Below are positions 29,000-37,007 of a stretch of 64,000 bases of DNA, piece by piece; the stretch's first letter is position 1, and every line of letters starts with the position of its first letter. This stretch comes from Flavobacteriaceae bacterium. Lineage in GTDB: Bacteria > Bacteroidota > Bacteroidia > Flavobacteriales > Flavobacteriaceae. The DNA lies in assembly GCA_024743095.1 (NCBI GenBank), contig JANSXF010000018.1:497-64496 (forward strand), in the 5' to 3' direction. Below the pieces are notes generated by a model. It ran no database searches. It was given only the letters and a program-made list of their open reading frames with translations, and had not been told where the DNA came from. The position numbers and the translations under genes are program-made.

Positions 29000-30121
29000 T
29001 TGAAAAAACCAATAATATATAAAATAAGCCTGGGCCTAGCGATTTTGGCCTTGTTGATTTTCATTGCAACAGCTACTATGGGTAAACTATCGGAGGCAGG
29101 TCCGTTCATAGTACTGTTCTTTGTGTTTTTGGGTCTTGGGTTCAGTGGCTACAAAGCTTTGAAGGGCTATGTTTTCGCGGTACTGATATTTGCAGGGGTC
29201 TGCCTGTCATTGTACTGGCCCGAATATTTTGTTGGAATAGGTGAATTTAAATTGACCAACCTGATCATCCCGTTGATCCAGATCATCATGTTCGGTATGG
29301 GTACTTCTATGAGCATCAAGGATTTTACAGGTGTCATTAAATCACCGAAAGGCGTCCTGGTGGGCGTTGTGGCCCAGTTGGCGATCATGCCTTTGGTGGG
29401 GTACGGGCTGGCAAACCTGAGCGGTTTCCCGCCGGAGATCGCCGCGGGGATCATCCTTATCGGCTGTTCCCCAAGCGGGGTAGCCTCCAATGTTATGGCC
29501 TATCTGGCCAAGGCGAATTTGGCGCTCTCGATCACGATTACCTCTATAGCGACGCTTCTGGCACCGTTTGTGACGCCGCTTCTGATGAAGCTTTTGGCAG
29601 GGCAGTTCGTGGAGATCGATGTACTGGCCATGATGTGGAGCATCACCAAGATGATCATCCTTCCGATCGGTGCGGGGCTGTTGTTCAACCACCTGCTGCA
29701 CGGTAGGACCAAATGGTTGGACAAAGCTATGCCCCTGGTGTCCATGCTGGCCATAGGGCTGATCATCATCGTGATCACGGCAGCGGGCAGGGACAGCTTA
29801 CTGGAGATAGGCGCGCTGCTTCTGCTGTTGGTACTGGTGCACAATCTTTTCGGGTATACCCTGGGGTATTGGTTCGCGAGGCTTGTGGGCATGGACGAGC
29901 GCGATTCCAGGACGATCTCCATCGAGGTCGGGATGCAGAACGGGGGGCTCGCCTCGGGAATAGCGAACACCCTGGGGAAGATAGCGACCATGGGGCTTGC
30001 CCCCGCGGTGTTCGGTCCGTTGATGAACATCACGGGATCGATATTGGCCTCGTACTGGCACAGGGACATACCCGGTGACGGTGCGCAGACCACTGAAAGT
30101 TTAGGGAAAAAAGAGCAATAA
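29000..30121 (+). CDS. Bile acid:sodium symporter (BASS/SBF) family transporter (373 aa if the TTG start is used)
   Basis: About 10 TM helices with the SBF core GCSPSGVASNVMAYLAKANLALSITITSIATLLAPFVTPLL. The track start at 29000 is TTG. An internal ATG at about 29078 is an alternative start. Confidence 0.8.
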   Translation: MKKPIIYKISLGLAILALLIFIATATMGKLSEAGPFIVLFFVFLGLGFSGYKALKGYVFAVLIFAGVCLSLYWPEYFVGIGEFKLTNLIIPLIQIIMFGMGTSMSIKDFTGVIKSPKGVLVGVVAQLAIMPLVGYGLANLSGFPPEIAAGIILIGCSPSGVASNVMAYLAKANLALSITITSIATLLAPFVTPLLMKLLAGQFVEIDVLAMMWSITKMIILPIGAGLLFNHLLHGRTKWLDKAMPLVSMLAIGLIIIVITAAGRDSLLEIGALLLLLVLVHNLFGYTLGYWFARLVGMDERDSRTISIEVGMQNGGLASGIANTLGKIATMGLAPAVFGPLMNITGSILASYWHRDIPGDGAQTTESLGKKEQ

Positions 30122-30222
30122 TGTTAGTTGTTTGGTTTAGTTGACCGGGAAGGACGTGCAAGCTCTTGAGGGTACGTTCTTCCTTTTTTACAAGGACAAG
30201 GGATTAAAACTAAAATTAAAGA

Positions 30223-31284
30223 ATGGAAAATATAGGGAAGAAAAAAGTAGTAACGTTCGGCGAGATCATGTTGAGGTTGGCCCCTTCGGGGTTCCTCCGG
30301 TTCTCGCAGGCCAACAGTTTCGATGCGGTGTACGGGGGCGGGGAGTCCAATGTAGCGGTGTCCCTTGCGAACTATGGTGTCGCGGTGGACTTTGTGACGC
30401 GCCTTCCGAGGAACGATATCGGTGAGTGCGCGCTGATGGAGATGCGCAAGCGCGGGGTGGGCACGGACAATATCATCTATGGCGGGGACCGTCTGGGGAT
30501 CTATTTTCTGGAGACGGGTGCGGTAAGCCGTGGGAGCAAGGTGGTCTACGACCGGGCGCATTCGGCCATGGCGGAGATGGAGAAGGGCATGGTTGACTGG
30601 GAATCGGTCTTCAAGGGCGTGGAATGGTTCCATTGGACCGGTATTACCCCGGCGATATCGCAGGGAGCTGCGGACGCCTGTCTTGAAGCCGTAAAAGCGG
30701 CCAGCGATATGGGGGTGACCATATCCACCGACCTGAACTACCGGGCCAAGCTTTGGCAATACTGTGATGAGGCCGAACGGGAGGAGATCATGTCGGGGCT
30801 CACCTCGTACTGTGATATTGTCCTGGGCAACGAGGAGGACGCGGAAAAGCACTTTGGGATCAAGCCAGGGGGGCTTGACATCACCACGCAGGGGGAACAT
30901 GTGAAGGCGGAGGCCTTTCTTTCGGTCTGCAAGCAGATGATGGAGCGTTTTCCAAGGGCGAAGAAAGTGATCACGACCCTGAGGGGATCGCTATCCGCCT
31001 CGCACAATACCTGGGCCGGAGTGCTGTATGACGGAAGGACGATGTACAAGTCCCGTGAGTACCAGATCACGCACATCGTGGACCGCGTGGGCGGCGGGGA
31101 TTCCTTTATGGGCGGATTGATCTACGGGCTGCTCAAATACCCCGGAGAGGACCAGCGTGCACTGGACTTCGCCGTGGCTGCCTCGTGCCTGAAGCATACC
31201 ATAAAGGGCGATGCGAACCTGGCGACGGTGGCGGAGGTTGAAAAATTGATGGGGGGCGATGCCTCCGGAAGAGTGTCCCGATAG
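30223..31284 (+). CDS. kdgK: 2-dehydro-3-deoxygluconokinase (PfkB family)
   Basis: VVTFGEIMLRLAP..GGGESNVAVSLANYG.. and the C-terminal VDRVGGGDSFMGGLIYGL anion-hole/ATP motif are typical of Bacteroidota KdgK. eda lies immediately downstream. Confidence 0.88.
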   Translation: MENIGKKKVVTFGEIMLRLAPSGFLRFSQANSFDAVYGGGESNVAVSLANYGVAVDFVTRLPRNDIGECALMEMRKRGVGTDNIIYGGDRLGIYFLETGAVSRGSKVVYDRAHSAMAEMEKGMVDWESVFKGVEWFHWTGITPAISQGAADACLEAVKAASDMGVTISTDLNYRAKLWQYCDEAEREEIMSGLTSYCDIVLGNEEDAEKHFGIKPGGLDITTQGEHVKAEAFLSVCKQMMERFPRAKKVITTLRGSLSASHNTWAGVLYDGRTMYKSREYQITHIVDRVGGGDSFMGGLIYGLLKYPGEDQRALDFAVAASCLKHTIKGDANLATVAEVEKLMGGDASGRVSR

Positions 31285-31354
31285 ATAGCGGGCGAGTTTG
31301 GTTTAATCCCCATGGGGCCGGAGGACCTGGCCCCATGGTCAATGGCAAAATGAT

Positions 31355-32035
31355 ATGGCAGGATATACAAGATTGGAAGTGGCAGGAACCATGGGTGATA
31401 CCGGGATGGTGCCGTTGTTCTACCATCCAGATATTGGAGTAGGTAAAAAAGTACTAAGGGCATGCTACGATGGCGGGGCCCGTTTGATGGAGTTCACGGC
31501 AAGGGGGGACTTTGCCCTTGAGGTGTTCTCTGAGCTGAACAGATATGCCCTGAAGGAACTTCCCGGGATGATCATGGGGGTAGGTTCCATTACAGATGCG
31601 GGGGCAGCGTCCCTGTACATGCAGATGGGGGCGAACTTCATAGTTACGCCGTCCCTTAGGGAGGACATAGCGCTGGTGTGCAACCGCAGGAAGGTGATGT
31701 ACAGCCCCGGTTGCGGGAGCCTGACGGAGATCAACAGGGCGGAGGAGCTGGGCTGTGAGGTCATAAAGCTGTTCCCCGGGTCGATTTATGGCCCCGGTTT
31801 TGTGAAGGCCATAAAGGGCCCCCAGCCATGGACGAGCATCATGCCCACGGGAGGGGTAAGCACGGAGAGGGGGAACCTGGAGGCCTGGTTCGGTGCAGGT
31901 GTCACCTGCGTGGGCATGGGCTCCAAGCTGATCTCCAGGGAGATCTTGGACAATGGGGACTATACCGCTCTGGAGAATAAGGTAAGGCAGACCATGGGCG
32001 TCATTGATTCTATCAGGAAGCATTTAATGAATTAA
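31355..32035 (+). CDS. eda: KDPG / 4-hydroxy-2-oxoglutarate aldolase
   Basis: Class I aldolase TIM barrel with ..EFTARGD.., VIKLFPG (the Schiff-base Lys context) and PTGGV. It lies downstream of kdgK. Confidence 0.85.
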   Translation: MAGYTRLEVAGTMGDTGMVPLFYHPDIGVGKKVLRACYDGGARLMEFTARGDFALEVFSELNRYALKELPGMIMGVGSITDAGAASLYMQMGANFIVTPSLREDIALVCNRRKVMYSPGCGSLTEINRAEELGCEVIKLFPGSIYGPGFVKAIKGPQPWTSIMPTGGVSTERGNLEAWFGAGVTCVGMGSKLISREILDNGDYTALENKVRQTMGVIDSIRKHLMN

Positions 32036-32180
32036 GTTGACTTCAAATGAGGTAGTTGATATGATTTTGTTGTTTTTGACAAAGGTTGATTTTTACGGTT
32101 AGATTTGTGATATCTAGGAGAGAAGATTGTCTAAAAGGGTCTGTAATTCAGTTAGTAATAAAAAATAAGAGTTGGAGAAA

Positions 32181-32206
32181 GGGGTTCGAATCCCTCAGCG
32201 TCCGCA
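32181..32206 (+). other. Orphan tRNA-Val 3' fragment (T arm plus 3' acceptor strand); candidate att-type direct repeat
   Basis: ggggttcgaatccctcagcg (32181-32200) is identical to 12170-12189 of the intact tRNA-Val(UAC). The next bases tcc differ from ccc at one position, so T stem, T loop and acceptor strand are all recognisable. I could not fold a 5' half upstream. Confidence 0.7.
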
Positions 32207-32209
32207 ACA

Positions 32210-32236
32210 AAAAGCCTTCGTTTTTAGAAGGCTTTT
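32210..32236. terminator. Bidirectional rho-independent terminator between eda and the convergent hydrolase gene
   Basis: aaaagccttc-gttttta-gaaggctttt, with an A run before and a T run after the stem, read directly. Confidence 0.75.
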
Positions 32237-32242
32237 TTGTTT

Positions 32243-32926
32243 TTATATGGTGATGGATTCTCCAATACTGGGGAGAATCAATTTCTTGCCTTTTTTCTCG
32301 AAATATTCCACAGCTTTGGGTTTATCCAGTTTAATGGGAGGGAAGGTGTCGTAATGACAACCGATTACTTGGTCACATTCAATAAAGTCACTTGCTATGG
32401 TGGCATCCTCATAGCCCATGGTAAAATTGTCACCAATAGGTAAGATTGCGATATCGAGTTTCGGGCAGGTCATTGGAATCAACTCCATATCCTTGGTCAG
32501 TGCGGTATCTCCCGCAATATAAATACATTTCGAATCATCCCATAGAACAAACCCTCCCGGATTTCCCCCATTGCTCCCATCGGGCAGCATGCTGGAATGA
32601 ATGGCGGTCACGTATTTGGCCGTTCCAAAATCAAAGGTGTATTTTCCTCCATGGTTCATTCCATGTCCTTCAATACCTTTGTTTCCAAACCAGCTGACCA
32701 CTTCAAAATTAGAAACCAATAAAGCGTCAGGATTGTTCTTGGCTACGGCTTCTACATCAAGAACATGGTCCTGGTGACCATGTGTCAAAAAAATATAGTC
32801 GACTTTAAGGTCATCAATATTAATATCGGATGTCATCTCATTGCCAGTGATAAACGGGTCGACCAAAATATGTTTTCCGTTCATCTCGATGAGAAAAGTA
32901 GCGTGTCCTAGAAAGGTGATTTTCAT
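32243..32926 (-). CDS. Metal-dependent hydrolase, MBL fold (UPF0173-type, 227 aa)
   Basis: MKITFLGHATFLIE.. and the HGHQDH metal-binding motif. Confidence 0.8.
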   Translation of the reverse strand: MKITFLGHATFLIEMNGKHILVDPFITGNEMTSDINIDDLKVDYIFLTHGHQDHVLDVEAVAKNNPDALLVSNFEVVSWFGNKGIEGHGMNHGGKYTFDFGTAKYVTAIHSSMLPDGSNGGNPGGFVLWDDSKCIYIAGDTALTKDMELIPMTCPKLDIAILPIGDNFTMGYEDATIASDFIECDQVIGCHYDTFPPIKLDKPKAVEYFEKKGKKLILPSIGESITI

Positions 32927-33091
32927 AGTATTTTATTTTGTGTTATTATTTTGAAGGCCTATTTGCCTATTGTATAAAGTTAACAAGAACAAGGTTGAAT
33001 TTCAATTTGAAATGGAAACGTTCAGGTCTCTTTTGCACATTTTTTTGAATCAATAAAATATGATTGCAGAAAAAGAACTTAACTTTGCAGC

Positions 33092-33505
33092 ATGATTGCC
33101 ACGATTTGTAGAAAAGCACATTTTAATGCCGCGCATAGGCTCCATAACCCAAAATGGAGCAAGGAAAAGAACATAGAGGTGTTCGGCAAATGTAACAGTC
33201 CCAGTTTTCACGGTCATAATTTTGACCTTGAGGTACGGATAAAGGGCAAGGTAGACCCTGACACCGGGTTTGTAATGGATCTTGCCGTGCTGGGCGCATT
33301 GATTCAGGATGAAGTAGAGGAGCGATTTGACCATAAGAATCTGAACGAGGATTGTCCGGAATTTGAGAATTTGCTTCCGACAACGGAATATTTTGTTAAA
33401 GTCATCTACGATATCCTAAAACCCAAGCTCAAAAAGGGGCAATTGCTGCATATTACCTTGCATGAGACATCAAAGAACTCCGCAGAGTATGGAGATTGGG
33501 ATTAA
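33092..33505 (+). CDS. 6-pyruvoyltetrahydropterin / 6-carboxytetrahydropterin synthase (PTPS/QueD family, 137 aa)
   Basis: FNAAHRL.. and the CNSPSFHGHNF motif (Cys plus HGH zinc and catalytic residues). Confidence 0.85.
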   Translation: MIATICRKAHFNAAHRLHNPKWSKEKNIEVFGKCNSPSFHGHNFDLEVRIKGKVDPDTGFVMDLAVLGALIQDEVEERFDHKNLNEDCPEFENLLPTTEYFVKVIYDILKPKLKKGQLLHITLHETSKNSAEYGDWD

Positions 33506-33532
33506 TTTCCGATATTGCACCCCGTTTTCAAA

Positions 33533-33607
33533 GGGATATTAGCTCAGTTGGTTTAGAGCGCTGCCTTGACAGGGCAGAGGTCACTGGTTCGAATCCAGTA
33601 TATCCCA
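33533..33607 (+). tRNA. tRNA-Val, anticodon GAC (75 nt)
   Basis: Hand-folded. Acceptor GGGATAT/ATATCCC, anticodon stem CTGCC/GGCAG with loop TTGACAG, and T arm ACTGG-TTCGAAT-CCAGT. Confidence 0.92.
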
Positions 33608-33621
33608 CTTTTCTTTTCCGC

Positions 33622-34890
33622 TTACAATATATCCAAAACCCGTTCCAGGGCCATTCCCCGAGAACCTTTTATGAGCATTGATGCTTTTTTCAAAGGATTT
33701 TTCATCAAGTGTTCCTTTAAGGCATCAAACGATTTAAATTTGTCCAAGGTCGTGTTGGTACCATAGAAATTTTCGCCCACCAAGTAGATTTCATCAAACT
33801 GAAGTTTTTTAGCAAACTCGACAATGGCCTGATGCTCTTCTGCAGCGGTACTTCCTAGCTCGAACATATCGCCGATTATCAGAGTTTTTCTCTTGGCCTG
33901 CATTAGGTTAAAGTTTTCCAAGGCAGCTTTCATGCTTGTGGGATTTGCATTGTATGCATCGAGTATGATGTCGAAACCATTTTTTGAAAGCAACTGCGAC
34001 CTGTTGTTCTCTGGTCGATAGCCCTCAATGGCCGATTTAATATCCCCCAGTGGGACATTAAAGTATTTGCCCATTAAAATTGCTGCACAGCAATTGGTAA
34101 AGTTGTATTTGCCGACCAATTGTGTGTGTATTTGAGTTCCTTTCACCTCTAGAGAAACGTATGGGTCGGCCCCAAGTAACGTTATAGTGTAATATTGATG
34201 GTCACTGGTGCTGAAGCCCATTTTCTTGGTATAGCCCCCTAATTTTTCTTTCTGAATATGATCATCGGCATTTAAGAAAACATAGTTGTTGTGGCCTATT
34301 AAATAATCGTAGAGTTCGCTTTTTCCTTGTATAACACCTTCCACACCTCCGAAACCTTCTAAATGGGCCTTCCCAAAATTGGTGATATAACCAAAATCGG
34401 GCTGGGCAATGCTACATAGGAACTCAATTTCTTTTTTGTGGTTCGCACCCATTTCCACAATGGCAATTTCGGTGTCCTCTTTTATGGATAAAAGGGTCAA
34501 AGGAACTCCAATATGGTTGTTAAGGTTGCCCTTGGTTGCTATAGTGCTATATTTTTTAGATAGAACGGCATTGATGAGTTCTTTGGTAGTGGTCTTACCG
34601 TTACTTCCCGTAAGCGATACGATTCTGGCCGAGGAATAATTTCGATGATAGGTTGCCAATCGTTGCAAGGTGCCCAATACGTCATCGAACAGAAGAAGCC
34701 TATCCGAAGTTTTAAATTCCTCTTCATCGATAATGGCATAAGCCGCTCCTTTGTCCAATGCATCTTTTGCAAAAGCATTGCCATTAAAGTTTGGGCCTTT
34801 TAAGGCAAAGAACAGACAGTTTTCGGTAATTTTCCGTGTGTCGGTACATATGGTGGGATGCTCTAAAAATAGAGCGTGCAACTCTTTCAT
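33622..34890 (-). CDS. murF: UDP-N-acetylmuramoyl-tripeptide--D-alanyl-D-alanine ligase
   Basis: TDTRKI.., the P-loop TGSNGKTTTKE, and Mur ligase middle and C-terminal domains. The start is the ATG at 34890 or 34896. The longer track ORF overlaps gldJ and its terminator. Confidence 0.9.
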   Translation of the reverse strand: MKELHALFLEHPTICTDTRKITENCLFFALKGPNFNGNAFAKDALDKGAAYAIIDEEEFKTSDRLLLFDDVLGTLQRLATYHRNYSSARIVSLTGSNGKTTTKELINAVLSKKYSTIATKGNLNNHIGVPLTLLSIKEDTEIAIVEMGANHKKEIEFLCSIAQPDFGYITNFGKAHLEGFGGVEGVIQGKSELYDYLIGHNNYVFLNADDHIQKEKLGGYTKKMGFSTSDHQYYTITLLGADPYVSLEVKGTQIHTQLVGKYNFTNCCAAILMGKYFNVPLGDIKSAIEGYRPENNRSQLLSKNGFDIILDAYNANPTSMKAALENFNLMQAKRKTLIIGDMFELGSTAAEEHQAIVEFAKKLQFDEIYLVGENFYGTNTTLDKFKSFDALKEHLMKNPLKKASMLIKGSRGMALERVLDIL

Positions 34891-34911
34891 TGTCATAAAT
34901 CGAAGATAAAA

Positions 34912-34942
34912 AAAAGCCCCGACCTTTTTGGCCGGGGCTTTT
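34912..34942 (-). terminator. Rho-independent terminator after gldJ
   Basis: Minus-strand RNA aaaagccccggccaaaaaggtcggggcuuuuuuu has a GC-rich stem followed by a U run. It lies 19 nt after the gldJ stop. Confidence 0.75.
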
Positions 34943-34960
34943 AAAATACTCAAGAAGTTT

Positions 34961-36613
34961 TTATCTCGCCTTTTTGTGGCGTACGGTCTTTTTAGATCTT
35001 GATTTAGATCCAACCCTGGACATGGCACATCTAAAGCCGATATCGTCTGTAGCCATATATTGTGGCAAGTATCTACGTTGTGCAGGATCTAACCAGTATG
35101 CACGGTCTCTCCATGACCCACCCTTGTATACACGAACTTCGTTATTGATCAAAGATGTTCTGTAGTTGGATTCGTCATATTGGCGCACAATATCACCATC
35201 TTCATTGCGCTCAACCTTGTGCTTAGGTGAATCGTACATTTTTTGGTTTTCCCCATCCTCTTCGCTAAAGCGGCTAAAGAACCTTGAAGACCCTGGGTCT
35301 CCATCCCTAAAACCTCTGTTGTCACTTTTGTCGAAGTTGGTTCTTAGGTAGGTTTCTTCCTCTGTTACCGCCACTTCTTTGATTTCTCCGGGAAGATTGA
35401 TGGCTACGATTTTACCGTTTGGTAGGGTGTCATATACAATTTCATCCCTCAATATTTCCACTTTTCCGTCCTCGCCAATGGCTTTTTTCATGAAAACGTT
35501 TCCTCGATAATAGTTGAAGTCACTTATTTCATCATCAACAATGGGGCGGTACACATCGGCAACCCATTCGTTTACGTTACCGGCCATATCGTATAGGCCA
35601 AAATCGTTGGGTTTGTATGATTTTACTTGACCTGTGATATCGGCACCATCATCGGACCATCCGGCAATACCGCCGTAATCACCTTTTCCTTGTTTAAAGT
35701 TGGCCAATTGGTCCCCTCTGCCCACACGTTGACCGTTTCGGGTATAATCACCTTCCCAAGGATATTTTTTTCTACCTCTGTAGTTGTTATATTCTCTTGT
35801 TCCTACAAGTGCCTGAGCAGCATATTCCCATTCGGTTTCAGTAGGTAATCTATACTCTGGCATGATTACACCGCTACTTCTCTTGGCAAAAGAGTTTATA
35901 GAATCTTTCTTTTGTTTTCCTTGAAGAGAGTCGATTTCACCTCCATAAACAGATTCTGGGTTGTTCAAATAGGCCTCGGTACTAAAGGTGCCTTCAAGGT
36001 CGCCGTTCAATACTTTGTATTTGGTATCGTCGGCAAGGTAGCCCTCTCTTTCCAACATTACTTCGTTTACCCTATCCGTTCTCCATTCGGCATATTGGGT
36101 GGCCTGTACCCAGTTAACACCCACAACCGGATATTCGGCATAAGCAGGGTGTCTTAAGTAGTTGTTGGTCATTGTCTCATTAAAGCCCAATCGGTTTCTC
36201 CATACCAAGGTATCTGGAAGGGCTCCTTGGTAAATATTGGCATATTTTGGGTCATCTGGAGGATATACCGCCTTTAGATAATCCAAATATTCTAAGTACA
36301 TTACATTGGTTACTTCGGTCTCATCCATATAGAATGATTGGACGTGTTGCTGGGTCGGAGTGTTGTTCCAATCGTGCATAATGTCGTCCTGGACTTTACC
36401 TTTGGTAAAAGTTCCACCCTCTACAAATACGGTTCCTGGAGGAGTTTCTTGCTCTTTAAAATCCGAATTGTATTGAAAGCCTCCTTCTTTGGCATTGATT
36501 TTCCAACCTGTGGCTCTGGAGACGTTCTTTGATGAGGAAGAGTTTTTACAACTGGAAAAACTTCCCATCACTACGGCGCAAGAAAGTACAACTTTAATTA
36601 AGTGTTTTTTCAT
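34961..36613 (-). CDS. gldJ: Gliding-motility lipoprotein GldJ (sulfatase-modifying-factor-like fold, 550 aa)
   Basis: Lipobox FSSC. The N-terminal ATGWKINAKEGGFQYN and the FGE/SUMF1-like repeats are as in Flavobacterium GldJ. The gldJ-murF neighbourhood is as I recall from F. johnsoniae. Confidence 0.88.
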   Translation of the reverse strand: MKKHLIKVVLSCAVVMGSFSSCKNSSSSKNVSRATGWKINAKEGGFQYNSDFKEQETPPGTVFVEGGTFTKGKVQDDIMHDWNNTPTQQHVQSFYMDETEVTNVMYLEYLDYLKAVYPPDDPKYANIYQGALPDTLVWRNRLGFNETMTNNYLRHPAYAEYPVVGVNWVQATQYAEWRTDRVNEVMLEREGYLADDTKYKVLNGDLEGTFSTEAYLNNPESVYGGEIDSLQGKQKKDSINSFAKRSSGVIMPEYRLPTETEWEYAAQALVGTREYNNYRGRKKYPWEGDYTRNGQRVGRGDQLANFKQGKGDYGGIAGWSDDGADITGQVKSYKPNDFGLYDMAGNVNEWVADVYRPIVDDEISDFNYYRGNVFMKKAIGEDGKVEILRDEIVYDTLPNGKIVAINLPGEIKEVAVTEEETYLRTNFDKSDNRGFRDGDPGSSRFFSRFSEEDGENQKMYDSPKHKVERNEDGDIVRQYDESNYRTSLINNEVRVYKGGSWRDRAYWLDPAQRRYLPQYMATDDIGFRCAMSRVGSKSRSKKTVRHKKAR

Positions 36614-37007
36614 AATTTGGGCTTGAGTACTTTAAATCTCAGGGTTTTTACCCTCAGTATCTTCGACTTGTTTTGATTCTTTTAGATCTTTCGATGGCAT
36701 TAGAACGGTGTTTTTACCATTATATTTTGTGCTCATCAAATATTTATGACATGCAAAAATTGCAGCATGCCACATTTCTGTAACGGAGAAGGTTCCAAAA
36801 TAGTATGGAGCAATCGGTTTTTAACGGTAGGGAAAGTAAGTATGCATATTTTTTTGTCCTTTTATCAAAAATGGATGCGATTTGGACATTGGGTAATTAG
36901 AAATATGTACTTCTATATAAGAATTTCCCCAAAAGACCGTTAATGTGTAATAAGTCCAAAGGAATTATTTTGGATTCAATAACTTTACTAAACGCTAAAT
37001 ACTTAGA

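Noticed and set aside
29167-32023. Many long ORFs antisense to, or overlapping, the BASS, kdgK and eda genes. Examples are 30124-30900 (258 aa), 29500-30093 (197 aa), 31454-32023 (189 aa) and 29713-30078.
   Set aside because: Their translations are low-complexity and Arg/Pro/Gly-rich with no recognisable motifs. Each is fully shadowed by a gene with clear family signatures. They are the expected stop-poor artefacts of locally GC-rich DNA.
32137-32180. Possibility that the orphan tRNA 3' fragment is part of a complete third tRNA gene or a tmRNA end
   Set aside because: The upstream 44 nt give no acceptor-stem complement to AGCGTCC and no anticodon stem. There is only a faint D-loop-like string. 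The acceptor sequence also does not match the tmRNA-type acceptor (GGGGCUG/CAGCCCC).
36633-36737. A 34-codon minus-strand ORF (MSTKYNGKNTVLMPSKDLKESKQVEDTEGKNPEI) just upstream of gldJ, and the 65-aa plus-strand ORF at 36746-36943 in the gldJ-porV divergent region
   Set aside because: Neither has a motif, a hydrophobic segment or any other support. Both lie in a 394-bp AT-rich promoter region where short ORFs arise by chance.
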